A DNA stretch of 33,148 nucleotides, from assembly GCA_036376595.1 (NCBI GenBank), contig DASVAA010000134.1, forward strand, positions 1-33,148. Direction: 5' to 3'. Positions 16,137 to 24,551 of this stretch are shown in pieces. The DNA is from Ktedonobacterales bacterium (GTDB taxonomy: Bacteria > Chloroflexota > Ktedonobacteria > Ktedonobacterales > JADMIN01). The notes beneath the pieces were generated by a model that was not told where the DNA came from, ran no database searches, and saw nothing but the letters and a program-made list of their open reading frames with translations. Position 1 is the stretch's first letter. Each line of letters begins with the position of its first letter. A program made the position numbers and the translations under genes.

Positions 16137-18137
16137 CTACTCCTCCTCGGAGGGGTCCCACCCGCGCCAGTCGTCCCACTCGTCCCACGGCAGCACCGGC
16201 TGGCGCGCAAGCTGCCCACTGTTCCGATAGGTCGCCCGCAGCTCGCCGGAAGACCACAGAGGCTCCGGCTCGGCCAGCGGCGCCAGCGGATGCGGCCGCG
16301 GTGGCGCCCAGGGCGGTGTGTGCGCGGCATCGAGCGTTGGGATCGGCAGCAGACCCGACGTGTCATCCAGGTGCGCGCGGGCGATCTCGCGGGGATTGGG
16401 CGAGCGCAGCAGCGCCACTACGTCGTCGAGCTTGGTGCCCGAAGGCTCAGGCCACTCCCACGGCAGGCCCAGCCAGGCGCGCTCCAGCGCGCGCACAAGC
16501 CGGTAGATGCCGCGTTCCAGCGCGCGGCGCTGTTCGCGGTCGCGATGCAGGGCGTGCAGCCGCGCCGCGGTGACTTCGATCTCATCGGCCAGCGGACTGA
16601 GCGCGCCCGCCGCGTGGACGGCAGGCGCGGGCGCGCCGGTCTGCGCTTCGCGCAGCGCCTGTCGCAGCCGCTCGGCGTCGCGCTCCACCTGGCGGCGCAG
16701 CACAGCCGACCGGCCATGCACCACGTCCAGCTCAAAAGCCCGTGCCGCGGCCAACGCCTCGGCCTTGGCCGCTGTCGTATGCAGGCGCAGCGCGAGGCGC
16801 AGCATCAGCAGCAGCGCCAGGCATGACACGGCGCCGTCAAAGACGGCGCCAGCGGAGGCATCGAGCACAAGTGAGGGGCGAAGAACACTGACCGCGGTGA
16901 GCGCGGCGGCCGCGATGTAGAGCGCGGCCGCCAGCGCGGCTACAATCGCCGCGGCGCCACGGCCGCAGAGCCACAGCGCGACCAGCACGATGAGTGCCGC
17001 CACAGCCAGCATCGCGCTGCGCGGACCGACGAGCGCCAGTGCCCAGCCCAGGGCGAGCAGTTGCGAGGCAAGCAGCGCACCGCCCGCCCTCCGCGGATGC
17101 GCCGCCAGCAGCGAAGCCAGCCACCCGCCGAGGCCGGAGATGATCGCCAGCGTGAGCGGCCACCAGCCAGTTGGACGGCCGACGACGAGCAGGGTCGCTC
17201 CGCTCAGCGCACCACAGACGGCAACTGCCACCTGCACGCCGGCCAGCGGCGGGATCGGGTCCACGGCGGGCAATGGCCGCGGGCGCGAGCGCGGCACGGG
17301 AAGGGGACCATTCGCGGCGCGGCGAGCAGCGTGCGGGTGGAGCTGGGGCACCGCCGCTGTTGGGCGCGAGGTGATGTCGAGCGCGGGCAGCGTGTCCTCT
17401 TCGCGCTCCTCGGGCGGAGCAATATCATCTTCGTCGCGGAGATTCGCTAGCGCATCCGCCTCCGCGTCGAAGTTTATATCGTTGTCGTCGAGATGGGATA
17501 CAGGCTCAGGCGCGGGACTACCCTGGAGCAACGCGGGCGCCATCATCGCCGCGAGCGTGGGGAACTTGCGCGGCGGCTGCGCGTAAGCCTCCCTATCGGA
17601 ATCCGACCTCGGCTCGGCATGTTCTCCTGGCCAGCCTGGCGTGACTAGGTGGGCATCGGCAGGAGCCGCGTGGGATACAGGCTCAGTTGCGGCACCGCGC
17701 TGAGCACGCATTCCCTGCTGTGCGCCCATTGGCCTGCCAGCGCGGGGAGTGGAGTCACCAGGCACATCAGTACCTGCGAGAGGTGAAGCGGGGGAGACGG
17801 CAGCGACCTTCGGGGTAGCGCGCTCAGGGGGATGATTCTTCTCCACAGCAGGCGTTGATGGCATGGGGAGCGGCCCGCTCTGCGCTGGCGTGGTTGGCGG
17901 GCCTGACCGGGCGCTCTCGGCGCGCCTGTGCTGTGCGGGGGACTCGATGGGCATCGTGGGCATTTGCTGCCGCGGTGTGGATGGAGGAATAGAGGGCGCG
18001 GATCGCCGCGCGCCACCGCGCTGCCCCTGTGCGGAGGACCGCTGCCGGGATCGCTTGACCTGCCGCCGCGTGGCGGGCGGCGCCGACGCGCCCGTTCGCC
18101 GGGATGCGGAGCGACCCTTTGCCATACTTACGCTCAT
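16137..18137 (-). CDS. Hypothetical polytopic membrane protein with a ~320 aa basic/Pro-rich disordered N-terminus, 4–5 TM helices, a predicted coiled coil and a Trp/acidic C-terminal tail (…LPWDEWDDWRGWDPSEEE); start uncertain (18137–18173)
   Basis: The ORF track shows 678 aa. The hydrophobic block runs LAGVQVAVAVCGALSGATLLVV…LTLAIISGLGGWLASLL…LLALGWALALVG…LAVAALIVLVALWLCG…IVAALAAALYIAAAALTAV. There is no recognisable enzymatic motif. Confidence 0.5.
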   Translation of the reverse strand: MSVSMAKGRSASRRTGASAPPATRRQVKRSRQRSSAQGQRGGARRSAPSIPPSTPRQQMPTMPIESPAQHRRAESARSGPPTTPAQSGPLPMPSTPAVEKNHPPERATPKVAAVSPASPLAGTDVPGDSTPRAGRPMGAQQGMRAQRGAATEPVSHAAPADAHLVTPGWPGEHAEPRSDSDREAYAQPPRKFPTLAAMMAPALLQGSPAPEPVSHLDDNDINFDAEADALANLRDEDDIAPPEEREEDTLPALDITSRPTAAVPQLHPHAARRAANGPLPVPRSRPRPLPAVDPIPPLAGVQVAVAVCGALSGATLLVVGRPTGWWPLTLAIISGLGGWLASLLAAHPRRAGGALLASQLLALGWALALVGPRSAMLAVAALIVLVALWLCGRGAAAIVAALAAALYIAAAALTAVSVLRPSLVLDASAGAVFDGAVSCLALLLMLRLALRLHTTAAKAEALAAARAFELDVVHGRSAVLRRQVERDAERLRQALREAQTGAPAPAVHAAGALSPLADEIEVTAARLHALHRDREQRRALERGIYRLVRALERAWLGLPWEWPEPSGTKLDDVVALLRSPNPREIARAHLDDTSGLLPIPTLDAAHTPPWAPPRPHPLAPLAEPEPLWSSGELRATYRNSGQLARQPVLPWDEWDDWRGWDPSEEE

Positions 18138-18319
18138 TTCCACACCAGTCTGGCAATCCCTCATACCTAGCATAACGAACAGGCCAAGGGTGCCGTTTCA
18201 CATCCACCCGCCTGGTGGTGTTCACGCCGCCGGCTCCTTGACGTGGGAGCCATTTCTGTGCCATATTGACAAAGCCGGAAGTCGTCCCCGACCTTCGGCT
18301 TGAGCCTTCTACAGCACGG

Positions 18320-18655
18320 CGTTGAAGGAGCCAGTAGGCGCGCCTGGCGAGCACGCAGAGAGTCCGGGGTTGGTGCGACTGGACAGCCGCCGCGAGCCGA
18401 AGATCACTCCTGAGCTGCCACCCGAACGAGGCCGATCGGGCGCACGTTATAGTTCGCGCCCGCGCTCACGTAGGAGTGGCCGGTGCCCGCCCGTTATCGC
18501 GCGGGGAGACATGCACACGTGTCTCATCGAGCGGATCGCGCCTCGCCGCGGCGCCGCGCATCAATCCATGCGTGGACGGTGCCGGACGCGATCAAGCAGG
18601 GTGGTACCGCGGGAAACAGCTCTCGCCCCTGAAGGGGGCTGAGGGCTTTTTTGTT
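18320..18655 (+). promoter_or_regulatory. T-box riboswitch leader (tRNA-Ile sensing, specifier AUC) with a terminator/antiterminator switch, upstream of alaX-ileS
   Basis: An exact T-box sequence AGGGTGGTACCGCGGGAAAC lies at ~18597-18616, immediately 5' of a GC hairpin + T6 terminator (GCTCTCGCCCCTGAAGGGGGCTGAGGGCTTTTTTG, 18618-18652). Upstream is a stem-I-like region with an AGAGA box (CAGAGAG ~18350), a GA/K-turn motif (GTTGAAGGAG) and a specifier-loop-like GAAGAUCAC (AUC = Ile codon followed by A). Confidence 0.75.
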
Positions 18656-18670
18656 GCGTGCCGCCGTGCC

Positions 18671-18695
18671 GTAGGGGCGTCCGGTGGGCGCCCAT
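18671..18695 (+). promoter_or_regulatory. Copy of the GC palindrome (GTAGGGGCGTCCGGTGGGCGCCC) 20 nt upstream of the alaX RBS
   Basis: Read directly from the sequence; one mismatch in the right arm. Confidence 0.55.
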
Positions 18696-18714
18696 CGGAG
18701 AATCGAGGAGCCAG

Positions 18715-19473
18715 ATGGAGACCACCTCCGAGACCAGCAGCGTTGCTCCGACCGAGCTGTTGTATTCCACCGATGCTTACGTCAAGGAATTCGATGCCAT
18801 CGTGGTGGCCGCCGAGGGCAACGCGCTCGCGCTGGACCGCACGGCGTTCTACCCAGCCGGAGGGGGCCAGATGGCCGACCGCGGCCATCTCCACTGGAAC
18901 GGCCGCGCGCTCTCGGTGATCGCACTGCGCAAGGAGGACGGCGTCGTCTGGCACGAGGTCGAGGCGGCGGAAGGGCCGCTGCCGGCGGCGGGCGAGCAGG
19001 TCAAGGGCGAACTCGACTGGGACTTCCGCTACCGCATGATGCGCACGCACACCGCGCTGCACACGCTCTGCGGCGTGATCTTCCGCGACTTCGGCGCGCA
19101 GGTGACCGGCGGCCACATGTACCCCGACCGCGCGCGGATGGACTTCTCCATGGATGCCTTTACGCCCGATCTGGCGCAACTCATCGAACAGACGGTCAAC
19201 GAGACGCTGGCGGCGGCGCACACGATCAAGGTGTACTCGCTGCCGCGCGAGCAGGCATTCGAGATTCCCGACCTGATTCGCGCCAAGATTAACCTGCTGC
19301 CGCCCGGCATTCAGACGGTGCGCATCGTCGAGATCGAGGGCGTGGACCTGCAAGCCGACGGCGGCACGCATGTCGCCAACACGCGCGAGGTCGGGCAGAT
19401 ACGGGTGCTCAAGACCGAGAACAAAGGCAAGTACAACAAGCGGATGGAAATCACGCTGCTGGATGAGGACTAG
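18715..19473 (+). CDS. AlaX-like tRNA trans-editing protein (alanyl/threonyl-tRNA synthetase editing domain homolog, HxxxH zinc motif)
   Basis: …MRTHTALHTLCGV… (HxxxH) and …DGGTHVANTREVG… (AlaRS editing-domain GGTHV motif, with Asp in place of the usual Cys). ATG 18715 with GAGGAG 5 nt upstream. The stop lies 4 nt before the ileS ATG. Confidence 0.8.
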   Translation: METTSETSSVAPTELLYSTDAYVKEFDAIVVAAEGNALALDRTAFYPAGGGQMADRGHLHWNGRALSVIALRKEDGVVWHEVEAAEGPLPAAGEQVKGELDWDFRYRMMRTHTALHTLCGVIFRDFGAQVTGGHMYPDRARMDFSMDAFTPDLAQLIEQTVNETLAAAHTIKVYSLPREQAFEIPDLIRAKINLLPPGIQTVRIVEIEGVDLQADGGTHVANTREVGQIRVLKTENKGKYNKRMEITLLDED

Positions 19474-19477
19474 TTCG

Positions 19478-22400
19478 ATGGCAGATAAGCGACAAACGAA
19501 GGGTAGTGCCGGCGGAGGCACCGGCGCGGCTCCCAAGCGCACTCCCAATCGGGCGAAGGCCGCAGCACATGGCACTCGCGGTCGCGCGAATGGTGTAGCG
19601 GCGAGGCCCGCCTCGCCCAGTGGGGCAGTGAGGACTCCCCTCTTCCTGCCCGTGCCGGCGCCGACGAAGGTGGACTATCCACTGCTCGAAGAGGGCGTGC
19701 AGCGTTGGTGGGACGAGCACAAGATCCTCGACAAGTATCTCGTGCGCAACGAGGGCGCCGAGGAGCGTTGGCGCTTCCTGGACGGGCCGATCACCGCCAA
19801 CAACCCGATGGGCGTGCATCACGCCTGGGGCCGCACGTACAAGGACCTGTGGCAGCGCTTCAACACCATGCGCGGCTACCGCCAGCGCTATCAGAACGGC
19901 TTCGATTCGCAGGGCCTGTGGGTCGAGGTCGAGGTCGAGAAAGAGCTAGGTTTCACCAACAAGCGCCAGATCGAGGAGTACGGCATCGGCGCATTCGTCG
20001 AGCAGTGCAAGCAGCGCGTGCTGCGCTTCTCGGCGATCCAGACGGCGCAGTCGCTGCGGCTGGGTGAGTGGATGGACTGGCCCAACTCGTACTACACGAT
20101 GTCGGACGAGAACAACTACACCATCTGGGACTTCCTCAAGACCTGCTGGGAGCGCGGCCTGATCTACCGCGGCACCGATGTGATGCCGTGGTGCCCGCGC
20201 TGTGCCACTGGCCTTTCCGACATGGAGATCAACGAGGGGCGCCGCGAGGTGCAGCACACCAGCGTCTACGTGCGCTTCCCACTGGTGGATCGCCCCAACG
20301 AGTACCTGCTGATCTGGACGACGACGCCCTGGACACTGCCGGCCAACGTCGCCGCGGCAGTCAACTCCGAGCTGACCTACGCGCGTGTCGAGCAGGATGG
20401 CGCGGTCTACTACCTCAGCAACGACGTCGCCCCCAAGCTGAAGAAGCTGCAAGGCCACGAGCACGGCGAGTTCACAGTCACGGGCACACTGCCGGGCAGC
20501 GAGCTGGTCGGCTGGCGCTACCATGGCCCCTTTGACGAGCTGCCCGCCTGGAAGAGCGCGCAGGCCGAGCATCGCGTGGTGGCTTGGAAGGACGTCACCG
20601 CGACAGAGGGCACAGGCATCGTCCACATCGCGCCGGGCGCCGGCCGCGAGGACTTCGCGCTCTCGAAAGAGGACGACCTGGCGGTGCTGGCGCCGGTGGA
20701 CGAGAACGGCAACTACGTCGAGGGCTACGGCACGCTCACCGGCCTGCACGCCGGCGAGGTGGCACGTCCAATCTTCGAGAATCTCAAAGAGAAGGGCCTG
20801 TTCTACCAGACCGAGTCGTACAAGCACGTCTATCCGCACTGCTGGCGCTGCGGCACCGAGCTGCTCTTCCGGCTGGTGGAGGAGTGGTTCATCTCGATGG
20901 ACCCGCTGCGCGATCCACTGATGGCGATCGTCCGCCACATCCGCTGGATCCCGGAATTCGGTCTGGAGCGCGAGCTGGACTGGCTGCGTAACATGGAAGA
21001 CTGGATGATCTCCAAGAAGCGCTACTGGGGCCTCGCGCTGCCGATCTACCCCTGCCTCGCGTGCGGCACCTTCGAGGTGATCGGCGGCAAAGAGGAGCTG
21101 CGCGCGCGCGCCGTGGAGGGCTGGGACGAGTTCGAGGGCCACTCGCCGCACCGGCCGTGGGTGGATGCGGTCAAAGTCCGCTGCGCGCGCTGTGGCGAGA
21201 TCATCAGTCGCATCCCCGACGTCGGCAATCCATGGCTCGACGCCGGCATCGTGCCGTTCTCGACGCTCCACTACCGCCACGACCGCGAGTACTGGCGCGC
21301 GTGGTATCCCGCCGACTTCATCACCGAGGGCTTCCCAGGCCAGTTCCGTAACTGGTTCTACTCGATGTTGGTGATGGCTTGCGTGCTGGACGACTCGGCG
21401 CCTTTCAAGACGGTGCTGGGCTACGCCACACTTCTCGACCAGAACGGTGAGGAGATGCACAAGTCCAAGGGCAACAGCATCCCCTTCGACGAGGCCGCGG
21501 CGCTGGTCGGAGCGGATACGATGCGCTGGCTCTACGTCAACCACAACCCGGCGCAGAACCTGCGCTTCCCGCGTGTCCCGACAGAGGAGCAGGCGGCCCA
21601 GGCGCGCGCGAAGGGCGAGCCGCCGCGGCTCAACGAGCTGTGGATGCAGGTCCGCGCGCCGCTGGATAAGCTGTGGAACGTCTACTCGTTCTTCGTCACC
21701 TACGCCAACATCGATCGCTTCGACCCGACGAAACACGTGATGGCGGTGAGCGAGCGCAGTGACCTCGACCAGTGGATCCTCTCGGAGCTCCAGGAGACCA
21801 TCCAGAAGGTCGAGCGGGCGCTGGCGGTCTACGAGAGCGAGCCGGCGGCCGCGGCAATCAGCGCGTTCGTGGAGAACCTCTCCAACTGGTACGTGCGCCG
21901 CAGCCGGCGTCGCTTCTGGAAGAGCGGCGAGGACGCCGATAAGGTCGCTGCCTACCTGACGCTCTACGAGTGCCTGGTGACGGCGACGGAGCTACTGGCG
22001 CCGCTGACGCCCTTCCTGGCGGAGTCACTCTTCCAGAACCTGGTGCGCTCGGTGAATGCGGCCTCGCCGGAGAGCGTACACCTGGCCGACTGGCCGCGGG
22101 CGAACCCGACACTCATCGTCCCGCGGCTGCGCGACGAGACGGCGCTGGTGCAGCGCATCGTCAACCTGGGCCGCGCGGTGCGCGAGAAGGCGCAGATCCG
22201 CGTGCGCCAGCCGCTCGGCACGCTCTACGTGCGCGTTCCGGCGCAGACCGAGCGCGAGAGCCTGCGGCGCCTGGGCAATCAAGCGCTCGACGAGCTGAAC
22301 GTCAAGCGGCTGGAGTTCCTGCCGCTGGAGAGCGGCATGCTCTCATATACCGTTCAGCCGCGCATGGCGGCACTCGGCCCCAGGTATGGCAAGCTGCTGC

Positions 22401-22945
22401 CGAAGGTGCTGGCCGCGCTGCGCGCGGGCGGTCCGGCTGAGATGCAGCAGCGAGCGCGCACGCTGGCCGAGACGGGCCGCCTGCCGCTCACTGTTGAGGG
22501 ACAGGAGGTGGTGCTGACGCCGGAGGAGCTGGAGGTGGAGGCGAGCGCTCGCGAGGGGTTCGTCGCCGCCGAGGAGAACGGCTACGTCGCGGTGCTCGAC
22601 ACGGCGCTGACGCCTGAGCTGGTGGCCGAGGGGCTGGTGCGCGACCTTACGCGCTACGTGCAGGACGTGCGCAAGCACGCCGGCCTCGCAGTCGAGGACA
22701 CAATTGACCTGACGCTCGCCACCGACGCCGAACTGGCCGAGGTCATCCGCCGCAACGCTGAGTACCTTAGAGACGAGACGCTGGCGCGTGAGCTGACGGT
22801 GACGGCGCCAGAGGCCAACGGTGCCACAGCAACGTCGGCCGTCGACGAGGGCCAGGCGTCCGCCGGACGCCCCTACGCCGAGACGATCCCGGCGGCCAGG
22901 CTCGGCGGACACGAGGTGACGGTGACGGTGCGCAAGCGCGCGTAA
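19478..22945 (+). CDS. ileS: Isoleucyl-tRNA synthetase, type-2-like, with a ~65 aa basic low-complexity N-terminal extension and non-canonical class-I signature motifs
   Basis: IleRS-specific blocks: WCPRCATGLSDMEI, TTTPWTLPAN (editing T-rich peptide), GTGIVHIAPGAGREDF, YPHCWRCGTELLFRLVEEWFISMD, DWMISKKRYWGLALPIYPC and the C-terminal Zn ribbon CARCGEI. The HIGH position reads GVHH and KMSKS reads EMHKS. The true start is taken as ATG 19478 (MADKRQTKG…) rather than the track's 19370. Confidence 0.85.
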   Translation: MADKRQTKGSAGGGTGAAPKRTPNRAKAAAHGTRGRANGVAARPASPSGAVRTPLFLPVPAPTKVDYPLLEEGVQRWWDEHKILDKYLVRNEGAEERWRFLDGPITANNPMGVHHAWGRTYKDLWQRFNTMRGYRQRYQNGFDSQGLWVEVEVEKELGFTNKRQIEEYGIGAFVEQCKQRVLRFSAIQTAQSLRLGEWMDWPNSYYTMSDENNYTIWDFLKTCWERGLIYRGTDVMPWCPRCATGLSDMEINEGRREVQHTSVYVRFPLVDRPNEYLLIWTTTPWTLPANVAAAVNSELTYARVEQDGAVYYLSNDVAPKLKKLQGHEHGEFTVTGTLPGSELVGWRYHGPFDELPAWKSAQAEHRVVAWKDVTATEGTGIVHIAPGAGREDFALSKEDDLAVLAPVDENGNYVEGYGTLTGLHAGEVARPIFENLKEKGLFYQTESYKHVYPHCWRCGTELLFRLVEEWFISMDPLRDPLMAIVRHIRWIPEFGLERELDWLRNMEDWMISKKRYWGLALPIYPCLACGTFEVIGGKEELRARAVEGWDEFEGHSPHRPWVDAVKVRCARCGEIISRIPDVGNPWLDAGIVPFSTLHYRHDREYWRAWYPADFITEGFPGQFRNWFYSMLVMACVLDDSAPFKTVLGYATLLDQNGEEMHKSKGNSIPFDEAAALVGADTMRWLYVNHNPAQNLRFPRVPTEEQAAQARAKGEPPRLNELWMQVRAPLDKLWNVYSFFVTYANIDRFDPTKHVMAVSERSDLDQWILSELQETIQKVERALAVYESEPAAAAISAFVENLSNWYVRRSRRRFWKSGEDADKVAAYLTLYECLVTATELLAPLTPFLAESLFQNLVRSVNAASPESVHLADWPRANPTLIVPRLRDETALVQRIVNLGRAVREKAQIRVRQPLGTLYVRVPAQTERESLRRLGNQALDELNVKRLEFLPLESGMLSYTVQPRMAALGPRYGKLLPKVLAALRAGGPAEMQQRARTLAETGRLPLTVEGQEVVLTPEELEVEASAREGFVAAEENGYVAVLDTALTPELVAEGLVRDLTRYVQDVRKHAGLAVEDTIDLTLATDAELAEVIRRNAEYLRDETLARELTVTAPEANGATATSAVDEGQASAGRPYAETIPAARLGGHEVTVTVRKRA

Positions 22946-22957
22946 TCACTATATCAG

Positions 22958-22995
22958 CGCCCCCTTCTTCTCTCACGAGGAAGGGGGCACGTTTC
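22958..22995 (+). terminator. Putative intrinsic terminator hairpin after ileS
   Basis: GCGCCCCCTTCTTC-TCTCAC-GAGGAAGGGGGCAC forms a ~12 bp stem; the tail (ACGTTTCC) is only weakly U-rich. Confidence 0.4.
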
Positions 22996-23014
22996 CGCCT
23001 CTCCGAATGCTGCG

Positions 23015-23080
23015 TACCACATCACGGGAATGCGTTGTGATATGCGCAGCAGGCGGGCTGAAGTCCCGCGGCTAATCCTG
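23015..23080 (+). ncRNA. Conserved ~45-60 nt motif (copy A) with a 5-bp hairpin GCGGG-CUGAAGU-CCCGC; candidate small RNA or structured 3' element between convergent ileS and nrdR
   Basis: GTGATATGCGCAGCAGGCGGGCTGAAGTCCCGCGGCTAATCC. Its paralog at 31566-31635 differs in the stem by a compensatory G:C→U:A change. Confidence 0.35.
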
Positions 23081-23172
23081 TGCCGCATGAACGGTTGGAG
23101 GGAGGTCGGCTCGATCACGATGAACGACTCAGACCTAATCCTCTGCGTCCTCTGCGAAAGCTGTCCCGTCTG

Positions 23173-23688
23173 CTAGCGCCCGCTCTTGGGGGTCGCCGGC
23201 TCGCCGCTGGCAGCTCTCTTGCCCTCGTCAGGCGCGGAAGGCTCGCCGGTCAGCAGGCGGTCGAGCTCCTGGCGCATCGCCTGGATGTCGGGGTAGGAGC
23301 GGTAGACGCTGGCGAAGCGGATGTAGGCGATATCGTCCAGCGCGCGCAGCCTTTCAATCACCATCTCGCCGATCACGCGCGACTCGACCTCGGCCTTGCT
23401 GAGCTGGTACAGATCGTTCTCGACCTCTTCGACCAGCGCTTCGAGCTGGCCGACGGGGATCGGGCGCTTCTGGCAGGCGAGGCGCAGCCCCATGTGGATC
23501 TTCTCGCGGCTGAACGGCTCGCGCCGGCCGTCGCGCTTGACCACCATCAGCTCCGGCAGCACCACGCGCTCGACCGTGCTGAAACGCTCCTGGCAGTGCT
23601 CGCAGCGGCGTCGGCGGTGGATCACGCCGCCCTGGTCGCGCGAGTCAATCACCCGCGATTCGACGAACCCACAGTAGGGGCACTTCAT
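23173..23688 (-). CDS. nrdR: Transcriptional repressor NrdR (zinc ribbon + ATP-cone)
   Basis: MKCPYCGFVESRVIDSRDQ…RRRRCEHCQERFSTVERV…MVVKRDGRREPFSREKI… is the canonical NrdR sequence. ATG 23686-23688 with GAGGAG. Confidence 0.9.
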   Translation of the reverse strand: MKCPYCGFVESRVIDSRDQGGVIHRRRRCEHCQERFSTVERVVLPELMVVKRDGRREPFSREKIHMGLRLACQKRPIPVGQLEALVEEVENDLYQLSKAEVESRVIGEMVIERLRALDDIAYIRFASVYRSYPDIQAMRQELDRLLTGEPSAPDEGKRAASGEPATPKSGR

Positions 23689-23733
23689 ATCGTCTCCTCG
23701 CTCGTCTGCCTGGTGCCTGTTGCCCGATCACGC

Positions 23734-23756
23734 GGGCGTCCACCGGACGCCCCTAC
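23734..23756 (-). promoter_or_regulatory. Copy of the GC palindrome (minus-strand reading GTAGGGGCGTCCGGTGGACGCCC) 46 nt upstream of the nrdR start
   Basis: Read directly from the sequence; a perfect 8-bp inverted repeat with a GGT spacer. Confidence 0.55.
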
Positions 23757-23887
23757 GCGAGGCCATCGCGGGCATCCTCGTGCTGCGTGCGCGCGTCCGT
23801 TGCGCTTGGGCGCAGTATAGCATACGGCTGCGCTTGGCTGTTGGGTTTGCGGCGGGCGCGTGCGGTTAGGTATACTGGAGTTACCAC

Positions 23888-23964
23888 GGGGCCGTAGCTC
23901 AGTTGGATAGAGCGAGCGCCTCCTAAGCGCTAGGTCGCAGGTTCGATCCCTGTCGGCCCCACCA
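23888..23964 (+). tRNA. tRNA-Arg (anticodon CCT), CCA encoded
   Basis: Hand-folded cloverleaf: acceptor GGGGCCG/CGGCCCC, D-arm GCTC-AGTTGGATA-GAGC, anticodon stem AGCGC/GCGCT with loop CTCCTAA (CCT), variable loop AGGTC, T-arm GCAGG-TTCGATC-CCTGT, discriminator A, then CCA. A TATACT -10 lies at 23868-23873. Confidence 0.85.
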
Positions 23965-23998
23965 GATAAAGAGACATGAGACGGCAAAGGGAGATGGC

Positions 23999-24148
23999 AT
24001 GTCAAAGTCCATCACCGTCACCATCTCCGATGCCGAGTATGATGCGCTGCGCTCCATCGCCTCCGCGAGCAGTACAACGCCCGAAGAGGTGGCCGCGGAA
24101 TCGGCTCTCCTCAGCATCAGGGCACCTGGAGGAAGCCCGCCTGCGTGA
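23999..24148 (+). CDS. Small (49 aa) ribbon-helix-helix-like antitoxin-type protein; orphan, convergent with the PIN gene
   Basis: MSKSITVTISDAEYDALRSIASASSTTPEEVAAESALLSI… parallels the RHH antitoxin at 24538-24810 (…SLPDELYQQLASYAAQHHRTPEEVLAALV…). AAGGGAG RBS 6 nt upstream. It falls below the ORF-track length cutoff. Confidence 0.4.
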   Translation: MSKSITVTISDAEYDALRSIASASSTTPEEVAAESALLSIRAPGGSPPA

Positions 24149-24551
24149 AGTGATGGTCGCTCGTGAACGCTTCAGTAATGCCGAGGTGCCGCATGACGAC
24201 GAAGCTCGTGGCATCTACCAGCGACCATGTCTTATCCGTCATGCGTTCGAGCATCGCCCATCCCTCGCCCCACACCTGATCATCCACATGGATGATCTGC
24301 ACCAGCGGGTCGTTGCGGATTTGATTGATGAATTGCACCAATTGCAGCCGCGAAGTTCCACGCGAGGCCGTGGTCAACAAGGCCACCAGCTCGCCGAGCA
24401 CATCATCAGTGGTCACCATGGGACGCTGGCTGGCATGCAGGTGCCGGGCGAATTACATCATCTCCTGGTGATTGGGTGCATTCTGGGCGACAGGTTCCGC
24501 CCAGCCTGATGTATCCACGAAGACCGGAGCACCCTTACTACTCGACAACAT
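24117..24551 (-). pseudogene. PIN-domain (VapC-like) toxin gene interrupted by an in-frame TAA stop at 24453-24455
   Basis: The N-terminal segment MLSSSKGAPVFVDTSGWAEPVAQNAPNHQEMM* and the downstream segment …MVTTDDVLGELVALLTT…WSLVDATSFVVMRHLGITEAFTSDHHFTQAGF are in the same frame, with 33 nt between the stop and the next Met. The stop falls where PIN proteins have the conserved W of an (E)WF motif. The catalytic Asp residues (VDTS, LVDATS, TSDHHF) are retained. Confidence 0.6.

Noticed and set aside
18322-18642. 106-aa ORF 18322-18642 (+)
   Set aside because: The region is better explained as a T-box leader RNA (exact T-box box, terminator, specifier). The ORF is Arg/Pro-rich with no RBS
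19370-19477. The track's upstream ileS start at 19370 (MSPTRARSG…)
   Set aside because: It would overlap the alaX 3' end by 104 nt in another frame. ATG 19478 sits 4 nt after the alaX stop, as in a coupled operon
23685-24117. Minus-strand ORFs 23685-24005 and 23923-24117 overlapping the tRNA-Arg gene
   Set aside because: They overlap a well-folded tRNA and the nrdR/tRNA promoter region, have no RBS, and have arbitrary composition
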